Origin: Eledone cirrhosa
Taxonomy: Eukaryota
Assembly: GCA_964016885.1 (NCBI GenBank)
Contig: OZ024743.1
Location: forward strand, 231,942,001 to 232,006,000
Length of the DNA stretch: 64,000 nucleotides
Direction of reading: 5' to 3'
Under the pieces are notes generated by a model. The model made no database searches. It was not told where the DNA came from and was given only the letters and a program-made list of their open reading frames with translations. The translations under genes were made by a program, and so were the position numbers. Of this stretch, positions 41,729 to 55,491 are shown piece by piece. Position 1 is the stretch's first letter; every line of letters begins with the position of its first letter.

Positions 41729-43897
41729 ATGCGAAAACACAACATTGACTTCTCTACCAAGAACATCCCAATCCCACCGAAAAAACTTTACCTTCGGATG
41801 CTCACGCAAAAAATCGATCTATTTGCGAAAAAAATTAGATGGAGAACTTTTTTCTATGACAGATATTGCGACAACCAAGACTTCGGCACCAAGGAGAGAT
41901 TCGGATTTATTACCTACAAATCTCCGCCCCTGAACCCCTTGCTCGCACCCTTCGAGAATGACCTCTTTCAACTGGTCAAGAACATTAAATTTAAACCCAG
42001 ACACAACTGATTCCTACAAAAACTCCGTAGCAACTTAACAGAGTATGATAACACAAATGACATCATGGTGCATTCGGATAAAACTGGGAACCTATACTTT
42101 GTCAACCCTGACAGATACCACACACTGATCAGGAGCAGCCTAAACTCCACCTATAAAAAGGCCAACCACTCTTGCATCGAGGACATAAATCGAGATGGAC
42201 AACAAATTACCTCCAGCCTCGGGGTCGCCGACCGCACGGAACCTCTAGACCCACGGACACCATACTTCACACTGAAGGACCATAAATCCGATTTTGACCG
42301 TAAACCCTCTATCAGGCTTATTAAACCAACGAAGTCCGACATAGGGAGAATCAGCAAAAAAATCCTAGACCGCGTGATACCAAAAGTCAAGCAACACACC
42401 CGACTTAGCCTATGGATCAACACCCAGGAAGTAATCTCCTGGTTCAGCAATATGGAGGATAAACGAGAAACTAAATTCATACAGTTCGACATAGAGAGCT
42501 ACTATGCTTCAATCACCTTACCGCTACTTACTGCCGCCTTGGACTTCGCCGAAACACTTGTGCCCATCACCGACCAGGAAAGAAAAATCATCCTCCACGC
42601 CAGGAAGACAGTCTTACTCTTTGACGACTCTAAATGGATAAAAAGAGCTCCCGACTCACCCTTCGACGTCAGCATGGGCGTCACGGATTCGGCGGAGGTC
42701 ACAGATCTTATAGGATTATTCCTAATAGCCAAACTCACTGATATGTTTCCTGCATTCGGTGGTGGATTGTACCGTGATGATGGGCTCCTTACCCTTAAAG
42801 GGTACAACCCCAGTAGTACAGATCGGGTCCGGAAACAATTAATCAGATTCTTCCGCGACTGGGGATTTAAAATAACCCTACAAACGTCCCTGACCAGAGT
42901 AAACTTCCTGGACGTGACCCTCGACCTCGAAAACGACCTGTACTACCCATACAGCAAACCTAATGACAATCTGCACTACATCCACCGCCGATCAAACCAT
43001 CCTAGGAACATCACAAACAACCTGGTCAAAAACATCTCCCTCCGCATATCCCGTTTGTCAGCTAATGAGCGGATATTCGATGAACATGCGCCTTATTACA
43101 ACCAGGCCCTCAAGCGGAGTGGTTTCTGGGAGGAAATATCCTACTGTCCAGCTCCCATTAGCAGAACCAGCAGGAGACACCGCCGCTCACGCAATGTAAC
43201 ATGGTTCAATCCTCCCCACAACGCAGAGGTGACAACTCCCATCGGGAAACTATTCTTTAGGCTCATTGAAAAACACTTCCCATTACAACACCGCTACCAC
43301 AACATAATTAAGAAAAATACCATCAAACTCTCTTACAGCACTACACCAAACTTCGCACAAAACATCGTCTCCTCTAACAACAAAAAACTCAACCCCGATG
43401 GCAGAAATAACCTAAATAGCAGTGGAGAACCGACCAGGAGGTGTAACTGCCCGGATAGATCTATTTGCCCACTCGACAATAGATGCAGAGACCGTAATGT
43501 GATCTACCAGTGCAACGTGAGGACGGATACCTCCAACAAAGCCTATATAGGACTTACCGCATGTGACTTCAAGACCCGGCTATACCAACATATACATACC
43601 TTCCGAAACCCGGCTCGGCGTCACGCCACTACACTTTCGGGCCACATATGGTACCTCAAGGACAACAACATCACCTATGATCTCACTTGGAGATTACTGT
43701 CCAGAGCCAATTCTTACACGGGAGGACGCCGTCCGTGCAATTTATGCTCGGAGGAAACTTTACAAATGCTGTTTCCGACGGACCAACTCCTAAACAAGAA
43801 ATATGAACTGGTTACTGCATGTAAACATAGATTGCGTAGGACTTACCTCGCCCTCAAACCCCATAATGACACGGGGGGAGGTAGACTAGGGCTATAA
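41729..43897 (+). pseudogene. PLE reverse transcriptase + GIY-YIG endonuclease; one in-frame TGA (42008-42010)
   Basis: N-terminus FSTKNIPIP..IRWRTFFY, FDIESYY, GLYRDDGL, VNFLDVT, CNC..CPLDNRC, VIY..YIG, CNLC; ORFs 41582 and 42065 are in the same frame. Confidence 0.9.
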
Positions 43898-44986
43898 CAC
43901 CCCACTTGCCGATTTTGCAATGGGTAACCCCTGCTTGCCAAGGGAGACGTAAGATCTTCTTTGTATTCTTTTATCGCTTCCTTTATTTCCTTCCCCCCTC
44001 TCTCCTTAGTCCTTCTACCCCAGCTCTTCTCCTTTGTCGGCGTCTTTTCTCGCCCACCCGAGGCTGCCCTTTGGCCCCTTGTAGCCTTAGTACCCCCACC
44101 CCCTCTCCTAGTCTATGATAGATTTGGCGGACTCCGCCCTTTATAGCAGTTGGTTTAGACCCCGGATACTTGTCCCCTTTTCCCGACCGCTCCCACTATT
44201 CTCTGTGCCCTCTATATTTCTTAGTGGCACTTATGCCTTATTTTTTCGTTTCAGTATTTCTTTCTTCGCTTTTCTTTTGGGCGGGGTGGATTCTGAATTT
44301 AGTTTTCCGTATTCTACCTTTACTTCGTACGAACTTTCATGTAGCTTGTTTTAGATCTTTTAGAGTTAGCATTAGTATATATTTTTCTCGGGACTCAGAA
44401 TTATTATCTCGTACTAGTTCACTTTGCTGCACTGGGTGGTTGCTGGCATTGTGCCCGGGATGGAAACCTTTATTGTTTATTTCGTGGTAGTCTCTTTAGT
44501 ATTTTGGCCCCTTTTGTTGACCCGTCACCGTATCATTTACGTACTTATACCTCTTAAAAGGGTCCTTGCCTATTTCGTCCCACCTAGTTCTTTTACTTAT
44601 TTCGTTATTTCTTTATTTATTTCTTTACTTCTTTCTTTCTTTATTTATTTATTTATTCTAGCCTAACAATAGCTAGAGACCTAGGTCGTAGAATTTACTT
44701 TACTTTTTTCTTTACACTTATTTGCTTTTCTTCACTCTCAGTATTTTTTCTTTCCTATATATTTCTACCCCCATTGTTCTACCTACCGTTCCGACTTCCT
44801 CCCCTCCCCTGTATCTTCTTTGACCTCATGCCCAGCTGTAGCTGGCACTACCAACGCTTGATTGGGTCTACTCCACCCCCTCCCCTCTTTCTCCTAATGG
44901 CAGGTTTAGCCACCATCTCCCCTACTAATTTGCAACCACAGAATTACTACTGATTTTTGACAATCACTTTGACCATATATGGAATT

Positions 44987-45080
44987 ACCCCTTGAGAAGA
45001 TCGGCTATTTAAATACCAGGATAAATGTTCATTTAGTCCAGAATTAGCCGTCGAAACGACTTGAGCTCAGCTGTCGGGGT
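44987..45080 (+). ncRNA. Type I hammerhead in the 3' pLTR (U3-A8 core)
   Basis: Copy of 41450-41543 with one helix III substitution (GAAACGACT). Confidence 0.75.
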
Positions 45081-45127
45081 CTTACTGGTTCCTATGTATG
45101 TATGTATATATATATATATATATATAT

Positions 45128-45335
45128 ACAGCAGCACAGACTCCACTACAGCAATGAAGAGGCGGACTTTCAGGTCTCTACGAAGGTCCGACTTCCACAC
45201 CGATCTCAAGCTGTGGCACACCGCGCAGGCCTTGCTCTTCCTCTCAACCACATCATCCTCCGTATTCCCAATCTTTGCTCCCAAATACAGGAAGTCCTCA
45301 ACCAATTCCAGCGGCTTCCCGCCTACATTAGTGAT
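45128..45335 (-). mobile_element. RTE-group LINE RT fragment
   Basis: VEDFLYLGAKI..VWKS..LKVRLFIAVVESVLLY. Confidence 0.75.
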
Positions 45336-45385
45336 CCGCCTACATTAGTGATATATGTGTGTGTATGTGTATATGTGTGTATGTA

Positions 45386-45472
<87 letters not shown>

Positions 45473-45631
45473 GTGTGTATGTATATGTGTGTGTGCGTGT
45501 GTGTGTGTGTATGTGTGTTTATCTACTTTTATATTTATTCTTTTTCCATTCCTTCTTCCTTTTCCAGCCTCACTTTCATATAGATTATAGTTTTGTTTTA
45601 AAATCCACTGTCAATAAATACACCACCTATT

Positions 45632-45692
45632 TTTCATTCTGATGACTGAAAGCAAATTTTGTTTGTTTTCAAGAAACCACTGGTAAATGAAA
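45632..45692 (+). ncRNA. Type I hammerhead ribozyme
   Basis: TTTCATT-CTGATGA-[TGAAAGCAAA..TTTGTTTTCA]-GAAACC-ACT-GGTA-AATGAAA; 7-bp helix I. Confidence 0.82.
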
Positions 45693-45840
45693 TAATTATC
45701 TTATGTTGTTTATTACATAACTATTAAACTCTGTAACCTACATAGAGCACTCTTTTTTCCTGGACCTTTCAGACGGAATTACTTCATTCATACATATATA
45801 TACATATACATATTCATATGCATATATATATGTATATATA

Positions 45841-46010
<170 letters not shown>

Positions 46011-46030
46011 TCTATCTTATTTCCCATTCT

Positions 46031-46068
46031 TTCTCCTGATGAAGGACTAACATCCGAAACGTTAAGAA
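46031..46068 (+). ncRNA. Minimal PLE-type hammerhead
   Basis: TTCTC-CTGATGAA-GGA/ctaaca/TCC-GAAAC-GTTA-AGAA; helix I is imperfect. Confidence 0.6.
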
Positions 46069-46152
46069 CCTCTTCCGGCTATTTCAAGCGTTTACCTTCT
46101 ATATTCCTTCTATATGATGTACCGATTTTGTTGTTATTTCTGTTTACCTTTT

Positions 46153-46232
<80 letters not shown>

Positions 46233-46305
46233 GGTGTGGGATGCTTAAAACGTCCTTAGGCGGTATGCCGTTTGAGTACTCAATGCTCTTGTATCGCAGA
46301 GTATA

Positions 46306-46627
46306 ATATCACATAAGAAACGGACAATCAGTGTTGCAACGAAGAAGATTTTTTAGACATATTACAATCGTTTCTCTGGCAAAAAGCTCGGGGCACGATC
46401 GATGCAGTGATCAAACCTGATTCTGAAATCGCAAGATCCTTGGATATATCCCAATTCTACGAAGCAGAGTTTCGTAGAATCGAGACATATCTGCGGACCT
46501 GCCGATTTCAGAGTTAGGTTTGAGCACTGCATCGATCGTGCTTACAGCTTGTCGCCAGAGAAACGATTGTAATATTTCTAATAAATCTTATTCGTCGCAC
46601 CACTGATTCTCCGTTTCTTTTGTGATA
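46306..46627. mobile_element. Head-to-head inverted element with degenerate hammerheads
   Basis: Arms are reverse complements; right arm ATAT-CTGCGGA...TCGCCAGA-GAAAC-GATT-GTA-ATAT (46487-46575). Confidence 0.7.
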
Positions 46628-46628
46628 T

Positions 46629-47283
<655 letters not shown>

Positions 47284-47290
<7 letters not shown>

Positions 47291-50145
47291 TGAAACAAAA
47301 TGAAAACGAAATTTCATTTCTCACTCTTAGTATGGCACTTACTTAAATGTAAGTATGCATGTATACGTACATACATATATGTATACAGACGTACAGTAGC
47401 ATGCACATATATATATATATATACATATATACATACATATGCATACAGGTACACATACATATATGCACGTATCAGTTTAGCGGCGCTAACGTCGCTTTGT
47501 TCGTTTGTAAACAAACTGAACAGCCTGAATTTATGCCATACGGTGTTAAGGCAACCACGTCACCTTTTTGTTCAACACTGACACAGGAACGATGTACTAG
47601 TTTCAAGCTTGTTAGCTATCATCAGCACCGTTTACCCATCTGCCAGATAGTTGAACGTTCGAAAGTATATACTTTCCTTATGAAAATTAACGGCTGAGCA
47701 GCCTAATTTGCATATTGAGTGAGTTAAATCGGTCAGGCATACCGAAAACGATAAATTGAAACAAAATGAAAACGAAATTTCATTTCTCACTCTTAGTATG
47801 GCACTTACTTAAATGTAAGTATGCATGTATACGTACATACATATATGTATACAGACGTACAGTAGCATGCACATATATATATATATATACATATATACAT
47901 ACATATGCATACAGGTACACATACATATATGCACGTATCAGTTTAGCGGCGCTAACGTCGCTTTGTTCGTTTGTAAACAAACTGAACAGCCTGAATTTAT
48001 GCCATACGGTGTTAAGGCAACCACGTCACCTTTTTGTTCAACACTGACACAGGAACGATGTACTAGTTTCAAGCTTGTTAGCTATCATCAGCACCGTTTA
48101 CCCATCTGCCAGATAGTTGAACGTTCGAAAGTATATACTTTCCTTATGAAAATTAACGGCTGAGCAGCCTAATTTGCATATTGAGTGAGTTAAATCGGTC
48201 AGGCATACCGAAAACGATAAATTGAAACAAAATGAAAACGAAATTTCATTTCTCACTCTTAGTATGGCACTTACTTAAATGTAAGTATGCATGTATACGT
48301 ACATACATATATGTATACAGACGTACAGTAGCATGCACATATATATATATATATACATATATACATACATATGCATACAGGTACACATACATATATGCAC
48401 GTATCAGTTTAGCGGCGCTAACGTCGCTTTGTTCGTTTGTAAACAAACTGAACAGCCTGAATTTATGCCATACGGTGTTAAGGCAACCACGTCACCTTTT
48501 TGTTCAACACTGACACAGGAACGATGTACTAGTTTCAAGCTTGTTAGCTATCATCAGCACCGTTTACCCATCTGCCAGATAGTTGAACGTTCGAAAGTAT
48601 ATACTTTCCTTATGAAAATTAACGGCTGAGCAGCCTAATTTGCATATTGAGTGAGTTAAATCGGTCAGGCATACCGAAAACGATAAATTGAAACAAAATG
48701 AAAACGAAATTTCATTTCTCACTCTTAGTATGGCACTTACTTAAATGTAAGTATGCATGTATACGTACATACATATATGTATACAGACGTACAGTAGCAT
48801 GCACATATATATATATATATACATATATACATACATATGCATACAGGTACACATACATATATGCACGTATCAGTTTAGCGGCGCTAACGTCGCTTTGTTC
48901 GTTTGTAAACAAACTGAACAGCCTGAATTTATGCCATACGGTGTTAAGGCAACCACGTCACCTTTTTGTTCAACACTGACACAGGAACGATGTACTAGTT
49001 TCAAGCTTGTTAGCTATCATCAGCACCGTTTACCCATCTGCCAGATAGTTGAACGTTCGAAAGTATATACTTTCCTTATGAAAATTAACGGCTGAGCAGC
49101 CTAATTTGCATATTGAGTGAGTTAAATCGGTCAGGCATACCGAAAACGATAAATTGAAACAAAATGAAAACGAAATTTCATTTCTCACTCTTAGTATGGC
49201 ACTTACTTAAATGTAAGTATGCATGTATACGTACATACATATATGTATACAGACGTACAGTAGCATGCACATATATATATATATATACATATATACATAC
49301 ATATGCATACAGGTACACATACATATATGCACGTATCAGTTTAGCGGCGCTAACGTCGCTTTGTTCGTTTGTAAACAAACTGAACAGCCTGAATTTATGC
49401 CATACGGTGTTAAGGCAACCACGTCACCTTTTTGTTCAACACTGACACAGGAACGATGTACTAGTTTCAAGCTTGTTAGCTATCATCAGCACCGTTTACC
49501 CATCTGCCAGATAGTTGAACGTTCGAAAGTATATACTTTCCTTATGAAAATTAACGGCTGAGCAGCCTAATTTGCATATTGAGTGAGTTAAATCGGTCAG
49601 GCATACCGAAAACGATAAATTGAAACAAAATGAAAACGAAATTTCATTTCTCACTCTTAGTATGGCACTTACTTAAATGTAAGTATGCATGTATACGTAC
49701 ATACATATATGTATACAGACGTACAGTAGCATGCACATATATATATATATATACATATATACATACATATGCATACAGGTACACATACATATATGCACGT
49801 ATCAGTTTAGCGGCGCTAACGTCGCTTTGTTCGTTTGTAAACAAACTGAACAGCCTGAATTTATGCCATACGGTGTTAAGGCAACCACGTCACCTTTTTG
49901 TTCAACACTGACACAGGAACGATGTACTAGTTTCAAGCTTGTTAGCTATCATCAGCACCGTTTACCCATCTGCCAGATAGTTGAACGTTCGAAAGTATAT
50001 ACTTTCCTTATGAAAATTAACGGCTGAGCAGCCTAATTTGCATATTGAGTGAGTTAAATCGGTCAGGCATACCGAAAACGATAAATTGAAACAAAATGAA
50101 AACGAAATTTCATTTCTCACTCTTAGTATGGCACTTACTTAAATG
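47284..50145 (-). repeat. Tandem array of 466-bp retrozyme-like units, ~6.1 copies (HHR on the minus strand)
   Basis: Exact 466 periodicity (ORF starts 47300, 47766 ... 49630); HHRs at 47588-47632 and every +466 to 49918-49962. Confidence 0.95.
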
Positions 50146-50211
50146 CTCAGCCGTTAATTTTCATAAGGAAAGTATATACTTTCGAACGTTCAACTATCTG
50201 GCAGATGGGTA

Positions 50212-50256
50212 AACGGTGCTGATGATAGCTAACAAGCTTGAAACTAGTACATCGTT
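50212..50256 (+). ncRNA. Minimal type I hammerhead of the 466-bp unit (representative of 10 copies)
   Basis: AACGGTG-CTGATGA-TAGCT/aaca/AGCTT-GAAAC-TA-GTA-CATCGTT; predicted cleavage after 50249. Confidence 0.88.
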
Positions 50257-50596
50257 CCTGTGTCAGTGTTGAACAAAAAGGTGACGTGGTTGCCTTAACA
50301 CCGTATGGCATAAATTCAGGCTGTTCAGTTTGTTTACAAACGAACAAAGCGACGTTAGCGCCGCTAAACTGATACGTGCATATATGTATGTGTACCTGTA
50401 TGCATATGTATGTATATATGTATATATATATATATATGTGCATGCTACTGTACGTCTGTATACATATATGTATGTACGTATACATGCATACTTACATTTA
50501 AGTAAGTGCCATACTAAGAGTGAGAAATGAAATTTCGTTTTCATTTTGTTTCAATTTATCGTTTTCGGTATGCCTGACCGATTTAACTCACTCAAT

Positions 50597-50604
50597 ATGC
50601 AAAT
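50597..50604 (+). promoter_or_regulatory. Octamer motif ATGCAAAT in each complete retrozyme unit
   Basis: Exact match, also retained in the copies at 29302-29309 and 57341-57348; function inferred. Confidence 0.4.
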
Positions 50605-51893
50605 TAGGCTGCTCAGCCGTTAATTTTCATAAGGAAAGTATATACTTTCGAACGTTCAACTATCTGGCAGATGGGTAAACGGTGCTGATGATAGCTAACA
50701 AGCTTGAAACTAGTACATCGTTCCTGTGTCAGTGTTGAACAAAAAGGTGACGTGGTTGCCTTAACACCGTATGGCATAAATTCAGACTGTTCAGTTTGTT
50801 TACAAACGAACAAAGCGACGTTAGCGCCGCTAAACTGATACGTGCATATATGTATGTGTACCTGTATGCATATGTATGTATATATGTATATATATATATA
50901 TATGTGCATGCTACTGTACGTCTGTATACATATATGTATGTACGTATACATGCATACTTACATTTAAGTAAGTGCCATACTAAGAGTGAGAAATGAAATT
51001 TCGTTTTCATTTTGTTTCAATTTATCGTTTTCGGTATGCCTGACCGATTTAACTCACTCAATATGCAAATTAGGCTGCTCAGCCGTTAATTTTCATAAGG
51101 AAAGTATATACTTTCGAACGTTCAACTATCTGGCAGATGGGTAAACGGTGCTGATGATAGCTAACAAGCTTGAAACTAGTACATCGTTCCTGTGTCAGTG
51201 TTGAACAAAAAGGTGACGTGGTTGCCTTAACACCGTATGGCATAAATTCAGGCTGTTCAGTTTGTTTACAAACGAACAAAGCGACGTTAGCGCCGCTAAA
51301 CTGATACGTGCATATATGTATGTGTACCTGTATGCATATGTATGTATATATGTATATATATATATATATGTGCATGCTACTGTACGTCTGTATACATATA
51401 TGTATGTACGTATACATGCATACTTACATTTAAGTAAGTGCCATACTAAGAGTGAGAAATGAAATTTCGTTTTCATTTTGTTTCAATTTATCGTTTTCGG
51501 TATGCCTGACCGATTTAACTCACTCAATATGCAAATTAGGCTGCTCAGCCGTTAATTTTCATAAGGAAAGTATATACTTTCGAACGTTCAACTATCTGGC
51601 AGATGGGTAAACGGTGCTGATGATAGCTAACAAGCTTGAAACTAGTACATCGTTCCTGTGTCAGTGTTGAACAAAAAGGTGACGTGGTTGCCTTAACACC
51701 GTATGGCATAAATTCAGGCTGTTCAGTTTGTTTACAAACGAACAAAGCGACGTTAGCGCCGCTAAACTGATACGTGCATATATGTATGTGTACCTGTATG
51801 GATATGTATGTATATATGTATATATATATATATATGTGCATGCTACTGTACGTCTGTATACATATATGTATGTACGTATACATGCATACTTAC

Positions 51894-51935
<42 letters not shown>

Positions 51936-52133
51936 TAATGTGTGTATGTTCATATGTATGTATTATCTGTTGCATATTATCTATTGAGTCATTGTGTATG
52001 TGAGTCTTTATGGAATGAAAGTAAGCGTAAAAACCATGCAAGTTGGAATTAATGTAGAAATGTTATGTCTGAACATATATTAGTTAACGCATGTTTCCCA
52101 CTCTCTCTCTCACATACAAACACACACACTCAC

Positions 52134-52335
<202 letters not shown>

Positions 52336-52469
52336 ATATATATATATGTGTGCGTGTGTGTTGGTATGTGTATTATCTACGTATGTTTGAATCCATATAT
52401 ATATGTATGTATGTGTGTATGTAGTATGTACGTATCTATGTATGGATCTATGTATGTATGTATGTATGT

Positions 52470-55456
52470 ATCGGAAGGCATAGGGTGGGAGAGTGTAACA
52501 ACAATGGTAAGCTCCTGCTGCAGAAGTGTGAGGAGCTTCATCTGTGTGTTACCAACACCATGTTCCAACAAAATAACAAATTCAAGACCACATGGATGCA
52601 TCCTGCATCTAAGAAATGGCATCTTTTGGACTACGTCCTAGTCAGGATGCGTGACAGACAGGATGTGCAGTGTGTTCGTGCTCTCCGTGGAGCTGAGTGC
52701 TGGACGGACCACCGCCTGGTACGCGCAAAAGTGAAACTAATCACTAAATGTAAAATCCGGGCTCCTGGTGTTGCCCTGCCCAAAAGATTGAATGCTGCTC
52801 GTCTTAAGGATAAAAATGTGAAGAGGACATTGGAAAAAGAGATGCAGGCTGCAGATCTTGGTGAGGATTGGCCGACCCTTAAAAAGTGGGTTTATGATGT
52901 AGGCAGGCGTGTTCTGGGATTGGTGCAGAGAAAACATCAGGACTGGTTTAATGAGAATGATGTACATATAGAAGACTTGTTGGCTGATAAGAGGCGTGCC
53001 CTGTCACACTACTTGACGGCAAAACCACAGGAGAGAAATACGTTGCCTGTGGAACTCAGGGATGTAAAATCACGTGTTAGGCGGAGTCTTTCTCAGATGA
53101 AGGATCAGTGGTGGAGTGAGAAGGTTGGTGAGATACAAACTGCGTCACATCCCAATAACACAAAGCTGTTGTAGAGTCTCTTGTGTGAGGTTTATGGACC
53201 GTCTTCTTCTCTGATGACACCGCTTCGCAGCAAGGATGGCAAAGAACTTCTTCGTGACTCGCAAGGAAGTATACGATGGTGGCGAGAGCACTTTGATGAT
53301 CTTTTGAATCAGCCGTCTGTCGTCAGTGAAGCTTTCCTCAATCTCATTCCAGAAAGTCCTGTGAAAGTAACTCTCGCAGAACCTCCGACGCTTGTGGAGG
53401 TTGCAGTGGCTATTTCGAAGCTGAACAGTGGAAGATCTCCAGGTATGGATGGCATACGTGCTGAGCTCCTACAATATGGTGGTGAGAGACTCCTGCAACA
53501 TCTTCACTCTTTGTTTGGCAGGATATGGGCTAATGAATCCGTACCTGAGGACTGGAGAGATGCAGAAATGGTGGTCTTGTACAAGGGAAAGGGTAACAGG
53601 AATGATTGTAGGAACTACAGAGGTATATCATTGCTTTCTGTCGTAGGGAAAGTTTTATGTAGGGTGCTTCTGGACCGTCTGCTGACACACATTGCAGATT
53701 GTGTTCTTCCTGAAAGTCAATCTGGTTTTCGTGCTGGACGCGGCACTACTGATATGATCTTCTCAGCTAGACAGCTCCAGGAGAAGTACATGGAACAAGG
53801 CTTGGATCTGTATCAGGTTTTTGTCGATCTTACAAAAGCTTTCGATACTGTTAACAGAGATGCATTATGGAAGGTTCTCCAGAAACTTGGTTGCCCTGAT
53901 AAGTTCCTTGCTTTAGTTAGGTCTTTCCATGACGACATGAAGGCTTGGGTTAATGTCGGAGCCTATCTCAGTAAAAAATGGTGTGAAACAGGGGGATATT
54001 CCAGCACCGACCCTGTTTGCCATATACTTTGCAATGGTTTTCTGTATTGCATTCAGAAATTGCGAGCATGGTGTTTACATCCGATATCGAACCTCAGGCA
54101 GCATATTTAACATCAGGCGCTTTGCTGCGAAGACAAAAGTATTTACATCAATCATAAGAGACCCCTTGTATGCAGATGATTGCGATCTTGTAGCGCACAC
54201 AGAGAGTGATATGCAGCACATTTTGAATGTATTTTCTGACGCTTGCACTGCCCTAGGATTGACTGTCAGTCTCAAGAAAACCGTCGTCATGTACCAACCT
54301 GCCCCTGGTAAGCAGTACACTGAACCAAACATCTATGTGTATGGCAAACGACTTGGAGTGGTTGATCAGTTTGTCTACCTGGGAAGCACTGTCAATCGAT
54401 ACAGCAACCTTGACAGAGAAATTTCACTTAGGATTAGGAAAGCAAGTGATGCTTTCGGAAAGCTAGAAAGGCGACTCTGGGGTCGACGAGACATATGCAG
54501 GAGGACAAAGGAAAAGGTGTACAGGGCATGTGTGCTCTCTTGTCTTCTTTATGCCTGCGAGACCTGGGTCACATATCGACACAACCTTAAGCAATTGGAG
54601 CGTTTCCATCAGATGTGTCTCAGAGGGATCCATGGCGTTCACTGGAGGGACCACATCAGTGATGTCGAGATTTTGGAAAGCTCTATGGGTGACAGTATAG
54701 AAGCTCTTGTGCTTAAGCAACGACTCCGTTGGAGTGGTCACCTTGCCAGGATGAAGGATTCTAGAATACCAAAAACAACTCTTTTATGGAGAGTTGGTTA
54801 AAGGAAAACGACCGCCAGATAAAACAAAAAAGAGGTATAAGGATTCCTTGAAAGCCTCTCTGAAAAACGCTAACATCTCTGCTGATACATGGGAAAATAT
54901 TGCTGCTGATCGTAATAAATGGAGAAAGACTGTATATGAGGGAAAAGTTGCCTTTGAGGCATCTCGAATCGAATACGAGAAAGTAAAGCGGGATGTGAGG
55001 AAGAGCATTGCTGTTGCACTTCCAGACGGCGAGGGTCCTCCTATGGTGCTGACATGCAACGTCTGTGCGAGACTCTGCCTAAGCAAAGCTGGACTCGAAA
55101 GTCATCTTCGCAGTCATAAAGTAAGACCAGTGGTTGACTACCAGGCTGCTGTTGGAGATGCTGCGCATCATGCTTGCCAAACATGTGGTAGAGAATGTAA
55201 ATCAGTAGGAGGGCTCAAGCGACATGCAAAAGTACACGAACTCCAACCACAGCCGACTATTCCCAGTGAATGTTTTGGTTGCCGACTCTGTGCAAGACAA
55301 TTTAAATCATTGGCTGGGCTAAAAAGCCACATTCGATCGCAGCGCTGTTAGTTGCTATCGCGTGTGTGTGTGTGTATAGATATGTTTATGTGTGTGCGTG
55401 TATGTGTATATATATGTATATGTATATTATTATTGTTGTTGTCGTTATTATTATTG

Positions 55457-55491
<35 letters not shown>

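Larger units (their letters stand above)
41416..45095 (+). mobile_element. Penelope-like element, Naiad-type, with direct pseudo-LTRs
   Basis: 143-bp direct repeats at 41416-41558 and 44953-45095, a single RT + GIY-YIG ORF, ~1-kb pyrimidine-rich 3'UTR, TA-rich flanks. Confidence 0.9.
50146..51897 (+). repeat. Inverted continuation of the 466-bp array, ~3.8 copies (HHR on the plus strand)
   Basis: Reverse complement of the left arm; HHRs start at 50212, 50678, 51144 and 51610. Confidence 0.95.

Noticed and set aside
47692-47750. Plus-strand CGG-CTGAGCA-GCCT...AGGC-ATA-CCG as a second, opposite-polarity hammerhead
   Set aside because: Core mismatch, and no GAAA/helix III at the required position
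47300-51883. Repeated 93/112/66-aa ORFs in the 466-bp units as a tandem gene array
   Set aside because: Y/I/H-rich translations of TA/CA-rich DNA on both strands with no domain; the unit is better explained as structured RNA
47284-51897. CRISPR-like array
   Set aside because: No unique spacers and no cas genes; eukaryotic context
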